Shown one piece after another: positions 38,751 through 52,420 of a stretch of 64,000 bases of DNA. This stretch comes from Lingula anatina. Lineage: Eukaryota > Animalia > Brachiopoda. The notes beneath the pieces are model-generated. The model did not search any database. It saw only the letters and a list, made by a program, of their open reading frames with translations, and was not told where the DNA came from. The DNA is taken from the NCBI GenBank assembly GCA_051362555.1, contig CM120643.1:5890001-5954000 (forward strand), in the 5' to 3' direction. Made by a program: the position numbers and the translations under genes. Positions within the stretch are counted from its first letter, which is position 1; every line of letters starts with the position of its first letter.

Positions 38751-41250
38751 CTGTAAACAGAAATAAAAACGAGATTAGATTTCTTTTATTTCTAATCTCC
38801 ACTTCCAAAAAGAAAAGATTACATACCTTAAGGAGTGCAGTCGAAGTCCCACCGGTGGTGCTCATCATCTTCTATGTCCTGTAAACAGAAATAAAAACGA
38901 GATTAGATTTCTTTCATTTCTTAAATTCCACTTCCAAAAAGGAAAAAGATTACATACCTTATGGAGTGCAGTCGAAGTCCCACCGGTGGCGCTCATCATC
39001 TTCTATGTCCTGTAAACAGAAATAAAAACGAGATTAGATTTCTTTCATTTCTTAAACTCCACTTCCAAAAAGAAAAAGATTACATACCTTAAAGAGTGCA
39101 GTCGAAGTCCCACCGGTGGCGCTCATCATCTTCTTTGTCCTGTAAACAGAAATAAAAAAACGAGATTAGATTTCTTTCGTTTCTTAAACTCCACTTCCAT
39201 AAAGAAAAAGATTACATACCTTCAGGAGTGCAGTCGAAGTCCCACCGGTGACGCTCATCATCTTCTTTGTCCTGTAAACAGAAATAAAAAACGAGATTAG
39301 ATTCCTTTCATTTCTTAAACTCCACTTCTAAAAAGAAAAAGATTACATACCTTAAGGAGTGCAATCGAAGTCCCATCGGTGGTGCTCATCATCTTCTATG
39401 TCCTGTAAACAGAAATAAAAACGAGATTAGATTTCTTTCAATTCTTAAACTCCACTTCCAAAAAGAAAAAGATTACATACCTTAAGGAGTGCAGTCGAAG
39501 TCCCACCGGTGGCGCTCATCATCTTCTTTGTCCTGTAAACAGGAATAAAAAACGAGATCAGATTTCTTTCATTTCTTAAACTCCACTTCTAAAAAGAAAA
39601 AGATTACATACCTTAAGGAGTGCAATCGAAGTCCCATCGGTGGTGCTCATCATCTTCTATGTCCTGTAAACAGAAATAAAAACGAGATTAGATTTCTTTC
39701 AATTCTTAAACTCCACTTCCAAAAAGAAAAAGATTACATACCTTAAGGAGTGCAGTCGAAGTCCCACCGGTGGCGCTCATCATCTTCTTTGTCCTGTAAA
39801 CAGGAATAAAAAACGAGATCAGATTTCTTTCATTTCTTAAACTCCACTTCTAAAAAGAAAAAGATTACTTACCTTATAGGAGTGCAATCGAAGTCCCATC
39901 GGTGACGCTCATCATCTTCTATGTCCTGTAAACAGAAATAAAAACGAGATTAGATTTCTTTCAATTCTTAAACTCCACTTCCAAAAAGAAAAAGATTACA
40001 TACCTTAAAGAGTGCAGTCGAAGTCCCACCGGTGGCGCTCATCATCTTCTATGTCCTGTAAACAGAAATAAGAACGAGATTAGATTTCTTTCATTTCTTA
40101 AACTCCACTTCCAAAAAGAAAAAGATTACATACCTTAAAGAGTGCAGTCGAAGTCCCACCGGTGGCGCTCATCATCTTCTTTGTCCTGTAAACAGAAATA
40201 AAAAACGAGATTAGATTCCTTTCATTTCTTAAACTCCACTTCTAAAAAGAAAAAGATTACATACCTTAAGGAGTGCAATCGAAGTCCCATCGGTGGTGCT
40301 CATCATCTTCTATGTCCTGTAAACAGAAATAAAAACGAGATTAGATTTCTTTCAATTCTTAAACTCCACTTCCAAAAAGAAAAAGATTACATACCTTAAG
40401 GAGTGCAGTCGAAGTCCCACCGGTGGCGCTCATCATCTTCTTTGTCCTGTAAACAGGAATAAAAAACGAGATCAGATTTCTTTCATTTCTTAAACTCCAC
40501 TTCTAAAAAGAAAAAGATTACATACCTTAAGGAGTGCAATCGAAGTCCCATCGGTGGTGCTCATCATCTTCTTTGTCCTGTAAACAGGAATAAAAAACGA
40601 GATCAGATTTCTTTCATTTCTTAAACTCCACTTCTAAAAAGAAAAAGATTACTTACCTTATAGGAGTGCAATCGAAGTCCCATCGGTGACGCTCATCATC
40701 TTCTATGTCCTGTAAACAGAAATAAAAACGAGATTAGATTTCTTTCAATTCTTAAACTCCACTTCCAAAAAGAAAAAGATTACATACCTTAAAGAGTGCA
40801 GTCGAAGTCCCACAGGTGGCGCTCATCATCTTCTTTGTCCTGTAAACAAATAAAAAACGAGATTAGATTTCTTTCATTTCTTAAACTCCACTTCTAAAAA
40901 GAAAAAGATTACTTACCTTAAGGAGTGCAGTCGAAGTCCCACCGGTGGTGCTCATCATCTTCTATGTCCTGTAAACAGAAATAAAAACGAGATTAGATTT
41001 CTTTCATTTCTTAAATTCCACTTCCAAAAAAGAAAAAGATTACATACCTTATGGAGTGCAGTCGAAGTCCCACCGGTGGCGCTCATCATCTTCTATGTCC
41101 TGTAAACAGAAATAAGAACGAGATTAGATTTCTTTCATTTCTTAAACTCCACTTCCAAAAAGAAAAAGATTACATACCTTAAAGAGTGCAGTCGAAGTCC
41201 CACCGGTGGCGCTCATCATCTTCTATGTACTGTAAACAGAAATAAGAACG
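38751..41250 (-). repeat. Tandem array of 19 x ~130-bp units, each a ~76-80-nt intron plus a 52-nt exon
   Basis: Minus-strand unit: gtatgt...ctaat...tttttatttctgtttacag|GACATAGAAGATGATGAGCGCCACCGGTGGGACTTCGACTGCACTCCTTAAG|gtatgt (some copies gtaagt). Example exon 38827-38878, intron 38751-38826. Confidence 0.92.
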
Positions 41251-41590
41251 AACTCTAATAAAAAAAATAAACCTGGAACGCATGCAATAATGCAATGACA
41301 CTACGACTAGCCCAGCAAAAAGCAAAAAGCAAAAAGGTGAAGTATCCTCCGAAGATCCCTGAGCGACGATTCCTCGTGTGGAGAAGCGAAGGTTGTAGCT
41401 GGCCAGCTTAGAGAAACGCCGAATCCACTGTCTAGACGTCTGCGTGTGCAAGGAACAATATGTCGAAGAGCGATGCGTTGACGTAGAATGAGGAAAGATT
41501 CGGAGAAATGCGTGTCGACTCCTGTGTCCTTTGTGCTTGATACAGGACGCAGCACACGACGTCCTTCCTGTTGCTCCAGATCTGTCCGCA

Positions 41591-41642
41591 GTTGAGTGAA
41601 CGCACTTTCAAAATTCCGCGCTTTTATACCTTTAGTCACGTG
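41591..41642 (-). promoter_or_regulatory. Core promoter: E-box, TATA box, initiator
   Basis: Minus strand reads CACGTGAC (41642-41635), TATAAAAG (41628-41621) and TCACTC with its A at 41597, 31 nt from the first T of the TATA box. Confidence 0.6.
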
Positions 41643-42469
41643 GTGGCGTTCCTGTTGTCACCACTAGTCAACTTGTTCATAGGGGATGGTCTTTGATAGT
41701 GATACGCCAATTTGATTAAAATATCTTAAAGACATAAATTTTATTTTATATTTTCTATTTTGATTTTTTTGTTTATCATTTCATTTTATGGTAAGAGTAT
41801 TAAGTACTAAGCAGTGACCTCGAAATGTAACAGACAAAGTAGATGACAATTTCTGAGCAACATATTCTCTCCCCAAAATTATGATAGGCACGATGTCGGT
41901 TATACTGGAAGCTGTGAACTTCTCGCAGGCCACTATATTGTGCGTGTGTATTCGAGCACTGATCCAAAATGTGGATGACGTAATAGGGCGTAGAATGACT
42001 GCATTTTCGAGGTTCTGATTGTAGCGAATTGAAGTGAGTCATTTGAAAGTACGCTGGACTGGACATGTACATCCACCTCAGTTTTCTAAAACACATTTTG
42101 TAATCAAGAAATTAAATGAAAATAAGTTATTAGGTTTTACGAATAGAAAGAATAGCAGCAGTAAGTCATATGAAAAATCTTGATTAACTTCTACAAGGCA
42201 GAAGAAACGAATGATTTTATTTTTGTATAAAAAACATCTATTGATTTAGGCAATAATTAAGAACGGGTGCCTTCCTTTTTGGCTTCAGGTGACCAGTACT
42301 CTTATGTCACTGGCTTGAGTAGAGAAAAAACAGAAAAAAGATAATAAATACGAATAATAAGATAAAAAAATTTAAAAATGAATTTTTTCTCATTTGTACG
42401 TTTACTTTATCCATTTTAAACCATAGCTGGATTTTACACTTTTTAATATGCGTTTTAACATTGTTATAA

Positions 42470-42700
42470 GTCTCAGTGCTCACTGGCATCCTTTCTCATC
42501 TCTCTGGAGAGCATACAACCAAAGTTGCCGAAAACTAGAGTTTACATGCTAATAGGCCAGTTGCTCATTATCAGTGCTTCATGGTCGGGCACACAACAGT
42601 TCCATTTGTGTGTTTTCTCAGTGAGGTGGTCTCTGACTCGACTCTACCTAAAAATCGAACTCCCGACTTGCCTCGCCTTCCACGAGAACACTCGCTGATT
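42470..42700 (-). mobile_element. Degenerate tRNA-derived SINE remnant
   Basis: Minus strand has a B-box-like gggagttcga and ggttgtatgctctccagagag, resembling a conserved central SINE domain (Nin/Deu type). Confidence 0.45.
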
Positions 42701-43540
42701 CTCAATGTGTAGGTCCATTTAAGAATTTAAAACAGGAGAAAGAATTGTTTATCCAAGTGGAATTTACTTAAATCAGTCTAGCTACTTAAATCGCTGCAAA
42801 AAATAATTACTAGATTTATCTGTTCTGACATAAAAACAAACAAAATGTAAACCATCGTTATTGTAGTTCGCTGCTCCATCTTGCATTCTCCAATCGATCT
42901 AGGTTATTTCTACTAAAGCACAAATGCAAGAAGTGAGTATGATGTCTAACGTCTCAGAAAATGTCTGTGTTTATGTTCATTTTAAATGCCGCAATATAGA
43001 TTGCGGCTACCTCCGCGGTGTCACCTGGCTTTTAAAAACTGAAAAAAAAATTGTGACGTCTTTTGCTGCGGGTCATTATTTTTAGTTGTTTGATGTTTTT
43101 GTAATATTTTAGCCATACAAAGAATCTTCAATAACATCTTTGATTAGCTAGACGATAGGCAGGACACACTCAATTGTTTTAGACAAAACACGACAAAACC
43201 GCGTTCTCATGGAAAGTAATTTGCAAAACCTTAGTATTACCAGGCATTTAAAAAATATACTTGAGGTTGAGAACAATATTTGTTAGTAAAATAAATGTGC
43301 TTCTCGTAATACCTCTTTTTTATACGGATTTTTTAAAATTTTTGTTAGTATTAATAACGTGCGAATATTACCCAAAAGGGTTGTTATTTTAAAAACCTCT
43401 TTCTCCGAATACGATAACTCTATACTAGCAAGGCATGAATCGTAAGATGTTTTCATTGTTTACACAAAAGCTTGGTTTATCACTTTCTGTTACAAAAGGT
43501 ATTTAAAAAAAGGAGATTTCGCCCCCCCCCCCCCCCCCTC

Positions 43541-43571
<31 letters not shown>

Positions 43572-44908
43572 TCACGCTACTCGACGCTCCCGGTAGAATA
43601 GGCACGTTTCACAATAAAACGTCTTTGTCACTGTTTATGTAGTTCTGCACCACACAATTTACTCACGTGCCTTACACCATTCCCTAAAATCCCTTCCCGA
43701 TTTTGATTTCAGATAATTATTCAGTAACAGACAAAACTATGTTAAAGTATTCTGTTAAAGACAAATCTCAGCCCGTCCTATGCCTAGATACACGAGATAC
43801 AAAATCTCTGAAACCGAACATGACCGTCATATGGCTTACATTAGTCTTGCGGTGTTACTTGATGACTTTCTAAAACTGATATATTAAATTATTATTCAAT
43901 TTTAAATTTAAACCGTTCTGTCCACGTATTAAAATTTAAAAAAAAATTCGGGTGGGGGGGGGGGAGGATTTAAAAAGCCGAACACCCCTCTAGGAAATCC
44001 AGGATCCCCCCCTGGTTAGCTTAACCCAGTAAGTAGTACATACTTGGGCGATGATATCTGATCCTTTTAATATATATATATATATATATACATTTACTTT
44101 ATCCATTTATATATATCCAAAAGTATATCCATATATATATATATATATATATATATCCAAAAGTCCTAGAACATTTTTTACTACTGAGTCTCACATGAAT
44201 ATTTTCAGCTCTGCTCATTTTGATATTTTTACATGGATGAGATACATGAGCAATCCCAATAGCGACTGGATGGCAATTTTGACGCTTTAAAGAGATATGA
44301 TAAATAATGCTCTTTAATCCAGAAAAGAAATACATATAAATACATTAGCGGTGTGTTATAACTCTTAAGGAGTGTATTTCATTTTCTTTTAATGAACTAA
44401 TACCATTACAAAAACCAATAACTGATTCTCTGATCAGTTTGATCATGCAAAGAACTTAAACTAGCAGAACTTGAGATATAAAGCTGATGAACAGGGAGAT
44501 TGACATTTTCTTATGCAAATTATTTGAATGTTCTGCCTTTTTAAACATTTATTAGAAACGAGAAAGAATGTCACCTTTCTGGATCTTTGTGTTATACGAG
44601 CCAGGTATATATTTTTTTATGTGGAGCTTATCAAATATCGTTTTGTCATACCACGACAGTCTTATTGTATTTCCATATTACTCTCTCCGTGTGTTGCTTT
44701 TGCCTTGTATCCTACCATACTTTATAAATGAGGCAGTGACAGATAAAAAGTAATCCCAAATCACTATTCAACTGTGTCAAATCTTCCACACATCTCAAAG
44801 CTACACCAAATCCCAAAATATTGACAACTCCCTCATTATGCTGTTTCAATCTCTTATATAAAGTCACTGCAGCATTTACTGGAGGTTAAAAGTACATTCC
44901 AAGTATGT

Positions 44909-44974
44909 TTAAATGTTGATAGGTTTCCCACAGTAAGCTGCTAGGTTGGCCTCTCGTAGTGCTTCAGCAACCGT
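44909..44974 (-). CDS. DLD: Dihydrolipoamide dehydrogenase, last coding exon
   Basis: cag|TVAEALREANLAAYCGKPINI*; completes the catalytic HPTxxE motif. Candidate AATAAA on the minus strand at 44548-44553. Confidence 0.92.
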   Translation of the reverse strand, partial: TVAEALREANLAAYCGKPINI

Positions 44975-45349
44975 CTGAAAAATCAATTGTGTTAGTTTTA
45001 ATATGTCTGCATGTTAAAGTTCCTTTAGATAGAAAACTCATCACCCCACATTAAAATAAATTTTAAAAATGCAAAACTGATTACACAATATTGTAAACTT
45101 GTAACACTTGAAATCTTTTCTAGTTACTTGTAATGAAAAGAGACAAATTAACACAAATGGTAAAAAAAACACATATTAACCTCTTCAACATTAAATAGTT
45201 GGTCTGAATTTATTTGTAAATAATTTTTAAAAAACCATGAAAACATCCAAATTTTCAGATTTTTCAGGTCACTGGAAATGATTTTATTATCAGCATGCCT
45301 CTGCCCTTTCCATTACTGTTGATTTTTACGGTTGTGCTTTAAGCTACAT

Positions 45350-45500
45350 GTAAGAATGAAAAGAACTTGCAGTCAATGCTTGATGTTGTGCACAAGTGGT
45401 ATTATAAATGGCAGTTGACTCTGAATGTGGACAAAACTCAGATGGTTGGTTTCAGGACACCTTGTCTGCCTAGGACTGAAAATGTATTTGCATGTGGAAA
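45350..45500 (+). mobile_element. LINE reverse-transcriptase fragment in a DLD intron
   Basis: Translates LQSMLDVVHKWYYKWQLTLNVDKTQMVGFR, typical of the region just after the YADD motif in CR1/L2-group RTs. Confidence 0.7.
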
Positions 45501-45582
45501 CTTTCATTTTATTTATTTCTACCTTTTCCTGTACTGTTGATTTGATAGGCTAAAAAATCAAGCAGTGTAGTACTTCAAGCTA

Positions 45583-45777
<195 letters not shown>

Positions 45778-46415
45778 CTAAAATACATTTCTACTATTAA
45801 TTCACAAAAATAGCCAATTAACAAATTTACTACAAAAAGGTTACTTTTATTTTTATAGTGTAAATGCATCAAAATATTCAAAGATGTATAATATATAAGA
45901 ATTGATCATAATAACACAAAATCAAATCTTAATAGGAGGAGGCAGATTTAAATGGTCTTTTTTATGTTTTTCTATGTTTCCAATGTTGTTATAAATTTTC
46001 TTTTTCAATTTTTAGACATTCTGATACTGACCAATAAACATATTTAAATGAAATCTGATTTTTTACCAATTCAACATAGGTTATATAAAAGAAATCAGTT
46101 ATCAGATTTGTTTGAAAATAAATAAATAAATAAGTAGTTAAGAGGGTTATCTAACAAATAAGTGTATCAGTATTACCACAAACAACTAAACCCCTGATTA
46201 CATTTGCCATACAATGTCTGTTCGGTGCTAGCGTACTGCCAGTAAATCCCTTTTCATGTGGTGTCTGTGCAGAGGCATATGGTGGCTGTGCAACTTTTAT
46301 GGATCCACAGCCCCGATAGCCACTACAATTTTGTCAAGCAAAAAAATTTGGATACCATCACAAAGAGCTTGCGTATGATTATACAGTGCAAGTGGCAAAT
46401 GTAATCTTGGCTTAA

Positions 46416-46753
46416 AGTCATAATAACTCTTCGTTTCGGCCAAAAAATGAATTTTCCTGGAGTAAACAACAATTTTCCCATACTTACCAATGATTAATGA
46501 ATCCATTTTTACATTCAAAGTTAGTCCCTGGTTTTTTTCTAAAAAGTTTGGTTTTTTGTTAAAATCTCTTAAGAGATTTTAACATAGTATAGCCATCAAT
46601 GGAGGTCACGTGGTCTAAAGACAAGCTCAGATATCAGAATAATAGCTATAACTGCCGTTTTTTGTGGTAAAACAGAATATATTATATTTCTATGAGTTAT
46701 TCACAATGTTTTAATTGTGAAATATAGATCTCATACGAAGAGTTATTATCCCT
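46416..46753. mobile_element. TTAA-targeting non-autonomous element (Kolobok-like) in a DLD intron
   Basis: TTAA|AGtcataataactcttcgt ... acgaagagttattatccCT|TTAA; inverted copy at about 37321-37645, fragment at about 17200-17320. Confidence 0.8.
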
Positions 46754-46778
46754 TTAAGAACATCAGCAATCTACTTAC

Positions 46779-46916
46779 GGAAGCAATTACATGACATCCC
46801 AATAACCTATCTGTCTCTTTGTCTCCGAGAACCTTGACAAACCCATCTGTGTCATTATTACACTTGGAGCGGCTGTTGGCAGCCAGTGGAAACTTCCCCA
46901 CTGTGTATTTTACACC
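46779..46916 (-). CDS. DLD: Dihydrolipoamide dehydrogenase, third-last coding exon
   Basis: tag|[46 protein letters not shown]|gtaagt; matches the DLD interface domain (GKFPxxANSRAK...DGxVK). Confidence 0.92.
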
Positions 46917-47075
46917 CTAGGTGCAAAAAAAAAAAAGTATTATTCCAAGAAAAAATAATGTAATAGCCAAGAGTAGCTACTTGTAGGTATACCTACTGTT
47001 TAAAATTTATCATTGCTACACTTTACTGTTTAAAAGCCACTTACTATTAAAAACAATGAAACTTTAAATAAAGAA

Positions 47076-50000
47076 AAGCGGTCAAATGTACAGACAAAAA
47101 ACAGAAAATAAAGATGCAAAAAAGGTCATTTTGTCAATTTTGATGCAATAATAAATAATGCTTATAATAGCACTGTCAGTCAACACTGAATTATAATCAT
47201 GCACAACAGTTTAAATGGTCAATAACATGAGCAGACCCAGAGATATTTTCTGACAGTATTCCAAAGTATCTATTTTGATCCATCCTCCATTTTGATGGAC
47301 TTCCAACAGGAAAAAAATAAATACCAGTCAATATAAACTTAATAACCTGACTGTCCTCCGGAAGACCCAGAAGATGGTCTCAATCCACCCCTTCAATAAG
47401 ATTACAGTTTCAGGACCATGAGAGTTCAAATTCACATGATGAAAGTCTCAATATTTGAAAAATGATGACAGTGCATAAATTAATATTACATAAGTAACAT
47501 AATGTTTAAAGACATAAAAAAAACAATCCAACTACTTATGTGGAAATACAGAAATGTCAGAGCCTCAGGCCGATGAGAGTTAAAAGTCACAAATGCAAGT
47601 GTTTGAGAAAAAATTATAAAGGAAAACATAACAAAACTAGAAAAGCGCTCCGAGAGTGCAGACCTCTGCCAAGGCAGCAATTGTTGATTATTATTGATTA
47701 TTGTCCTCTTTGGCCCACTTCTGACAGTTCCTGAAAATTTCATCAAAATCGGTCCATAACTTTTTGAGTTATGTTGATGACAGACAAACAAGGGTGAAAA
47801 TATAACCTCCTTGGCAGAGGTAAATATAATTCCAATGAAGCTGCTATTCAAACTTTTAATCTTTGAGTTTGATATATATAGGCCCATATTTGATATATAT
47901 ATAGGCCCATAAGTCACAACTTAAGAAAAGCACAAAACAATAATGCACAAAATAGGAGACTACCAATTCTGATGCAATAATACATTATGTTTAACTGCAC
48001 AGTCAACATCAAATTTTAATTTTGCACAGGTAACACCGACAAAAGTAAAATCATAAGGCTTCAGGCCCATCAGAGTTCAAGTTTATACTTAGAAAGTGCC
48101 AGAATGAGAAAAATGAAAATTTCACACAAAATTGCATAAATTCATTAATAAATGATAACCCAATTGACCTGGCTTTCTAATTTGAACTGCATGCCAATCC
48201 TAAAAATCATACTTATGAGTTAAATATAATAATAAGTAGCACAGTTTTCTTTTCATAATGTTTGCAGTAGCAGTGCAAAAAGATTATTGTCAATTTTGAT
48301 GTCACATTACATAATAAGTTATAGAATAATTTTCACCAATTTTTGATTATTGACTATAAATAGCATGGACATGTAGAAAGTTTGATTACCATTCGGCTTC
48401 ATGTCCATGGGAGCTCTGAGTCCCACAATGAATATGCCAAAAAAGATAATGAATATTTCACTAAAATGTATAACTTCCAGAAAAAGAAGCCAATTAAACT
48501 GCTTTTCCAACTCGGGCTGCATTTTAGTCCTGTGTTTCTTTTTTGAAAGTTTGAAAATCATAAGTAACATGGTTTTCCCATAATGGTCATCATGGCAGCA
48601 GCACCAAAAACTGTGTTTTCTTCTATTTTGATGCAACATTACATAATGCTTAATGGCATAATACATCAGTTTTTAATAATAAAATATACGTGCCATGGAT
48701 TTTCAGAAAATATGACTAGCAAGGGTCTTCAAGCCCGTGGAGGTTTTAAGTCGCACCTTGAAAATGCCAATAAGTGAAAAAATTAACTTTTCACAAAAAA
48801 CTGTTAAATTGCCAGAAAAATTTACCAAACAGACTGCGTTGCCTACTGAAGCTGTATGTTAGACCCATGTTTCTTTCCTGTAAGTTTGAGAACAGTAAGT
48901 GACATGATTTCCCTTAAATGGTCATCATAGAAGCAGTGCCCAAAATAGGGGTTTCTTCAAATTTTGATGCAACATTACATAATCTTTAACAGCATAATGA
49001 CCATCAAATGTTATTAATAAAATATAAGTAACATGAACATTCAGAAAATGTGACAAGCAAAGGTCTTCAGGATCATGGAACTTTTAAGTCACACCTTGAA
49101 AATGCCAACATGTGAAAAATTAAATTTTCACAAAAAACTGTTTGACTGCAAAAAACAGACTGCATTGCCTACTGAAGCTGTATTTTAGTCCCATGTTTCT
49201 TTCCTGTAAGTTTGAGAACAATAAGTGACATGATTTTCTTTAAATGGTCATCATGGGAGCAGTGCTCAAAATAGGGGTTTCTTCAAATTTTGATGCATTA
49301 TTACATAATGTTTAACAGCATAATGACCATCAATTTTTAATTATAAAATATTTGTATCACAGATATTCAGAAAATGTGACTAGCAAAGGTCTGCAGGCCC
49401 ATGAAACTTCAAAGTCACATCTTGAAAATGCCAAAATGTAAACAAGACAGTACTGTTCTGAAATGGGTTTATTTCCATTTTTAACACTTTTTCAACATAA
49501 AACAAAATAAACATTTTACTGCCATTTTTATATGACCAACTAAGAAAATTGATTAGATGGGAAAAGTATCAATAGAACAGTGTTAAATGTCCAATTTCCT
49601 CCATTCTGAGATTCTGAACATAGTGGATGATTGAATCTGACAAACTGCAATGATATGAGTTTATTTCCATTTTTGACACTTTATTACACAATACATGATA
49701 TTAAGTTTACCATCATTTTTACATAATCAACTAACAATGTTGTAAAGATGCAGGAAATATCAAACAAACACTTTTATGTATCTTATTAGTTCAATAATGA
49801 GACTGTTAACATGCCTAAGAATTAAATCTGAGAAAATTTGAAAAAACAGTATAACTTCTAAAATAATAGCCAGATTATGCCGATTTTCTAACTCAACCTG
49901 CGTTTTAGTAAGATTGACCACTCCTGTGAGTTTCATGACGATTGGCCCATCTGTTTTTCTTATATTGTGTTAACAATGTTGCATATATGTTGAAAAAAGT

Positions 50001-50380
50001 GAAAAAACAGCATAACTTCCCAAAAAATGGCCGGATCATGTTGATTTTCACACATGACCTGCGTATTATGAATATTCATCAGTTCTGTAAGTTTCAAACC
50101 AAAAGAAAAAACATTTTTCCACTTATCATGTTATCAGTGCTGCATATATTGAAAAAGTGAAAAAACAGCATAAATTCCCTAAAAGTGACCTGATCATGCT
50201 GATTTTCGAACTTGACCTGCGTATTATGAATATTCATCAGTTCTGTAAATTTGAATACAAAAAGAAATACAAAATTCCACTTATCGTGTTATCACTGAGT
50301 GCACGGCGACGGCGACGGCGACGACAGACGCAGGTGACAGCTATATGTACAGACACATCTGTGTCTGTACATAATAAAAA
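47076..50380 (+). mobile_element. Helentron-type HINE-like element, same family
   Basis: 5' gtcaaatgtacagacaaaaa at about 47081; internal blocks shared with 17320-24525; 3' (GGCGAC)n and hairpin at 50345-50372 followed by aataaaaa. Confidence 0.75.
47634..47825 (+). mobile_element. Short HINE/pearl-like element nested in the larger one
   Basis: aactagaaaagcgctc...acctctgccaagg (subterminal IR), gacagacaaac microsatellite, 3' acctccttggcagaggt hairpin. Confidence 0.7.
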
Positions 50381-52420
50381 TCTGTGATAAGCTGATCAGT
50401 TGACTGTGTCAAATGAAAAGTGTCTTTTTGTGACAATATATTTGGGAAAACTGAAATTTACATTGAAAAGACTGGCAAATCCAAGGACTTCAAATAGTAA
50501 AACGTTAATAATTTTGTCAAATCTATTCCAGTGTTTCTGAAATTTGTACAAATGATGCTTAACAACAATAAAAACCTGTTACAAGCTGATCAAATGACTG
50601 TGTTTAATGAAAAGTATCTTCTTTCGACAATATCCTTGAAAAAACTGAAAATTACACTGAAAAATCTGGCAAATTCCATGGCTTAAAATAGTTAAATGTT
50701 AATAATTTTGCAATGTGATTATAAAATAAAATAGCAAATGTGATGATTTGAGGTTGTTTGTGTAGGAGGTTGCAAATTACCTATAACTATTATCTGGAAA
50801 ACAATATATACCCAAACAAGACTTCTCCTTACTATCAATGCCAGATGCAGATTACTCCTTACAATGGGTTTCTGGAATGGGTTGTTGTTATCACAGTATT
50901 TGACAATGTCCTAAATCTTGCCACATATCATGTATTGTACACATGGATAAGACATAGTGCTGCTCTTGATGCTGTCTTTCACTGCCAGCTTTTTCATGGT
51001 AAGGGTACTCTGGAAAAAGAACAATATAACTGAAAAAAATGAAATTATATTGAAAAGACTGGCAAATGCAATGACTTAAAATAGTTAATCGATAATAATT
51101 TTGTCAAATCTAGTCCAATATTTCTGAAATTTGTACAAATGATGCTTAACAACAATAGAAATCTGTGATAAGATGATCAGTTGACTGTATCTAATGAAAA
51201 GTGATTTTTGGGACAACAAATTTGGGACAACTGAAATTTACATTGAGAAGACTGGCAAAACACAGGACTTTAAAATAGTTAAACGTTAATAACTTTGTCA
51301 AATCTTGTCCAGTATTTCTGAAATTTGAATAAATGATGCTTAACAACAATAAAAATATGTGATAAGCTGATCAGTTAGACTGTGTCTAATGAAAAGTGTC
51401 TTTTGGGAACAATATATTTGGGAAAACTGAAATTTACATTGAAAAGACTGGCAAATTCCAGGACTTTAAATAGTTAAATGTTAATAATTTTGACAAATCG
51501 TGTCCAGTATTTCTGAAATTTGTACAAATGATGCTTAACAACAATAAAAATCTGTGATAAGATGATCTGTTGACTTTATCTAATGAAAAGTGTTTTTTGG
51601 GACAACATATTTGAGACAACTGAAAATTACACTGAAAACGCTGGCAAATTTCATGCCTTAAAATAGTTAAATGTTAATCCTTTTGACAAAACTTGTCCAG
51701 TGTTTCTGAAAATTGTCCGGAATCTTGCCACTTGTCATGTATTGTACACATGGAGAAGACATAGTGCTGCTCTTGGTGCTGTCTTTCAGTGCCTGCTTCT
51801 TCATGGTAAGGGTACTCTGGAAAAAGAACAATATAACTGAAAAATCTAAAAAATTACATTGAAAAGACTGGCAAATCCAATAACTTAAAATAGTTAAACG
51901 TTAATAATTTTGTCAAATCTAGTCCAATGTTTCTGAAATTTGTACAACTGATGCTTAACAACAATAAAAATCTGTGATAAGCCGATCAAATGACTGTGTC
52001 TAATGAAAAGTATTTTCTTCAGATGATATATTTGAGGAAACTGGAAATTACACTGAAAACACTGACAAATCCCATGACTCAAAACAGTTAAACGTTAATA
52101 ATTTTGAAAAATATTGTCCAATGTTTCTGAAATCTGTACAAATGATGCTTAACAACAATGGAAATCTGTAGTAAGCTGATCAGTTGTCTGTGTCTTTTTT
52201 TAAGTGTCAAGTTTATTGGAAATTGATAATCAGAAAAGAGAGAATTAACCAATTTGAAAAGAAATATTTCAATATTGCAATGTATCATTTACTCTCAAAG
52301 AAAACAGCAAATGTAATGATTTGAGTTTGTTTGTGTAGGAGGTTGCAAATTACCTATAACTGTCATCTGGAAAACAATATATACCCATACAAGACTTCTT
52401 CTTGCTATCAATGCCAAATG
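50375..52420. repeat. Second array of the same ~178-bp satellite and module
   Basis: Same monomer and module (50758; partial copies at about 51720 and 52330), same orientation as 11640-13992. Confidence 0.9.

Larger units (their letters stand above)
35850..41600 (-). other. Putative spliced transcription unit (lncRNA or degenerate protein-coding gene)
   Basis: TATA/Inr at 41628/41597, 19 repeated micro-exons, then exons 37755-38750, 36848-37034, 36387-36487 and one starting at 36026, with canonical ag/gt boundaries. First-exon donor and 3' end uncertain. Confidence 0.6.

Noticed and set aside
37822-38868. Long overlapping ORFs (up to 242 aa) as stand-alone genes
   Set aside because: They are products of a stop-poor 52-bp minisatellite, and the 242-aa ORF reads through a clear intron (38751-38826).
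38960-38992. CTCF-like site in each micro-exon (cccaccggtggcgc)
   Set aside because: Only the 3' half matches the CCASYAGRKGGCRS consensus; not supportable without a motif scan or ChIP data.
38751-41250. CRISPR-like array
   Set aside because: Units are near-identical over their full length with no unique spacers, no cas genes are present, and the context is eukaryotic.
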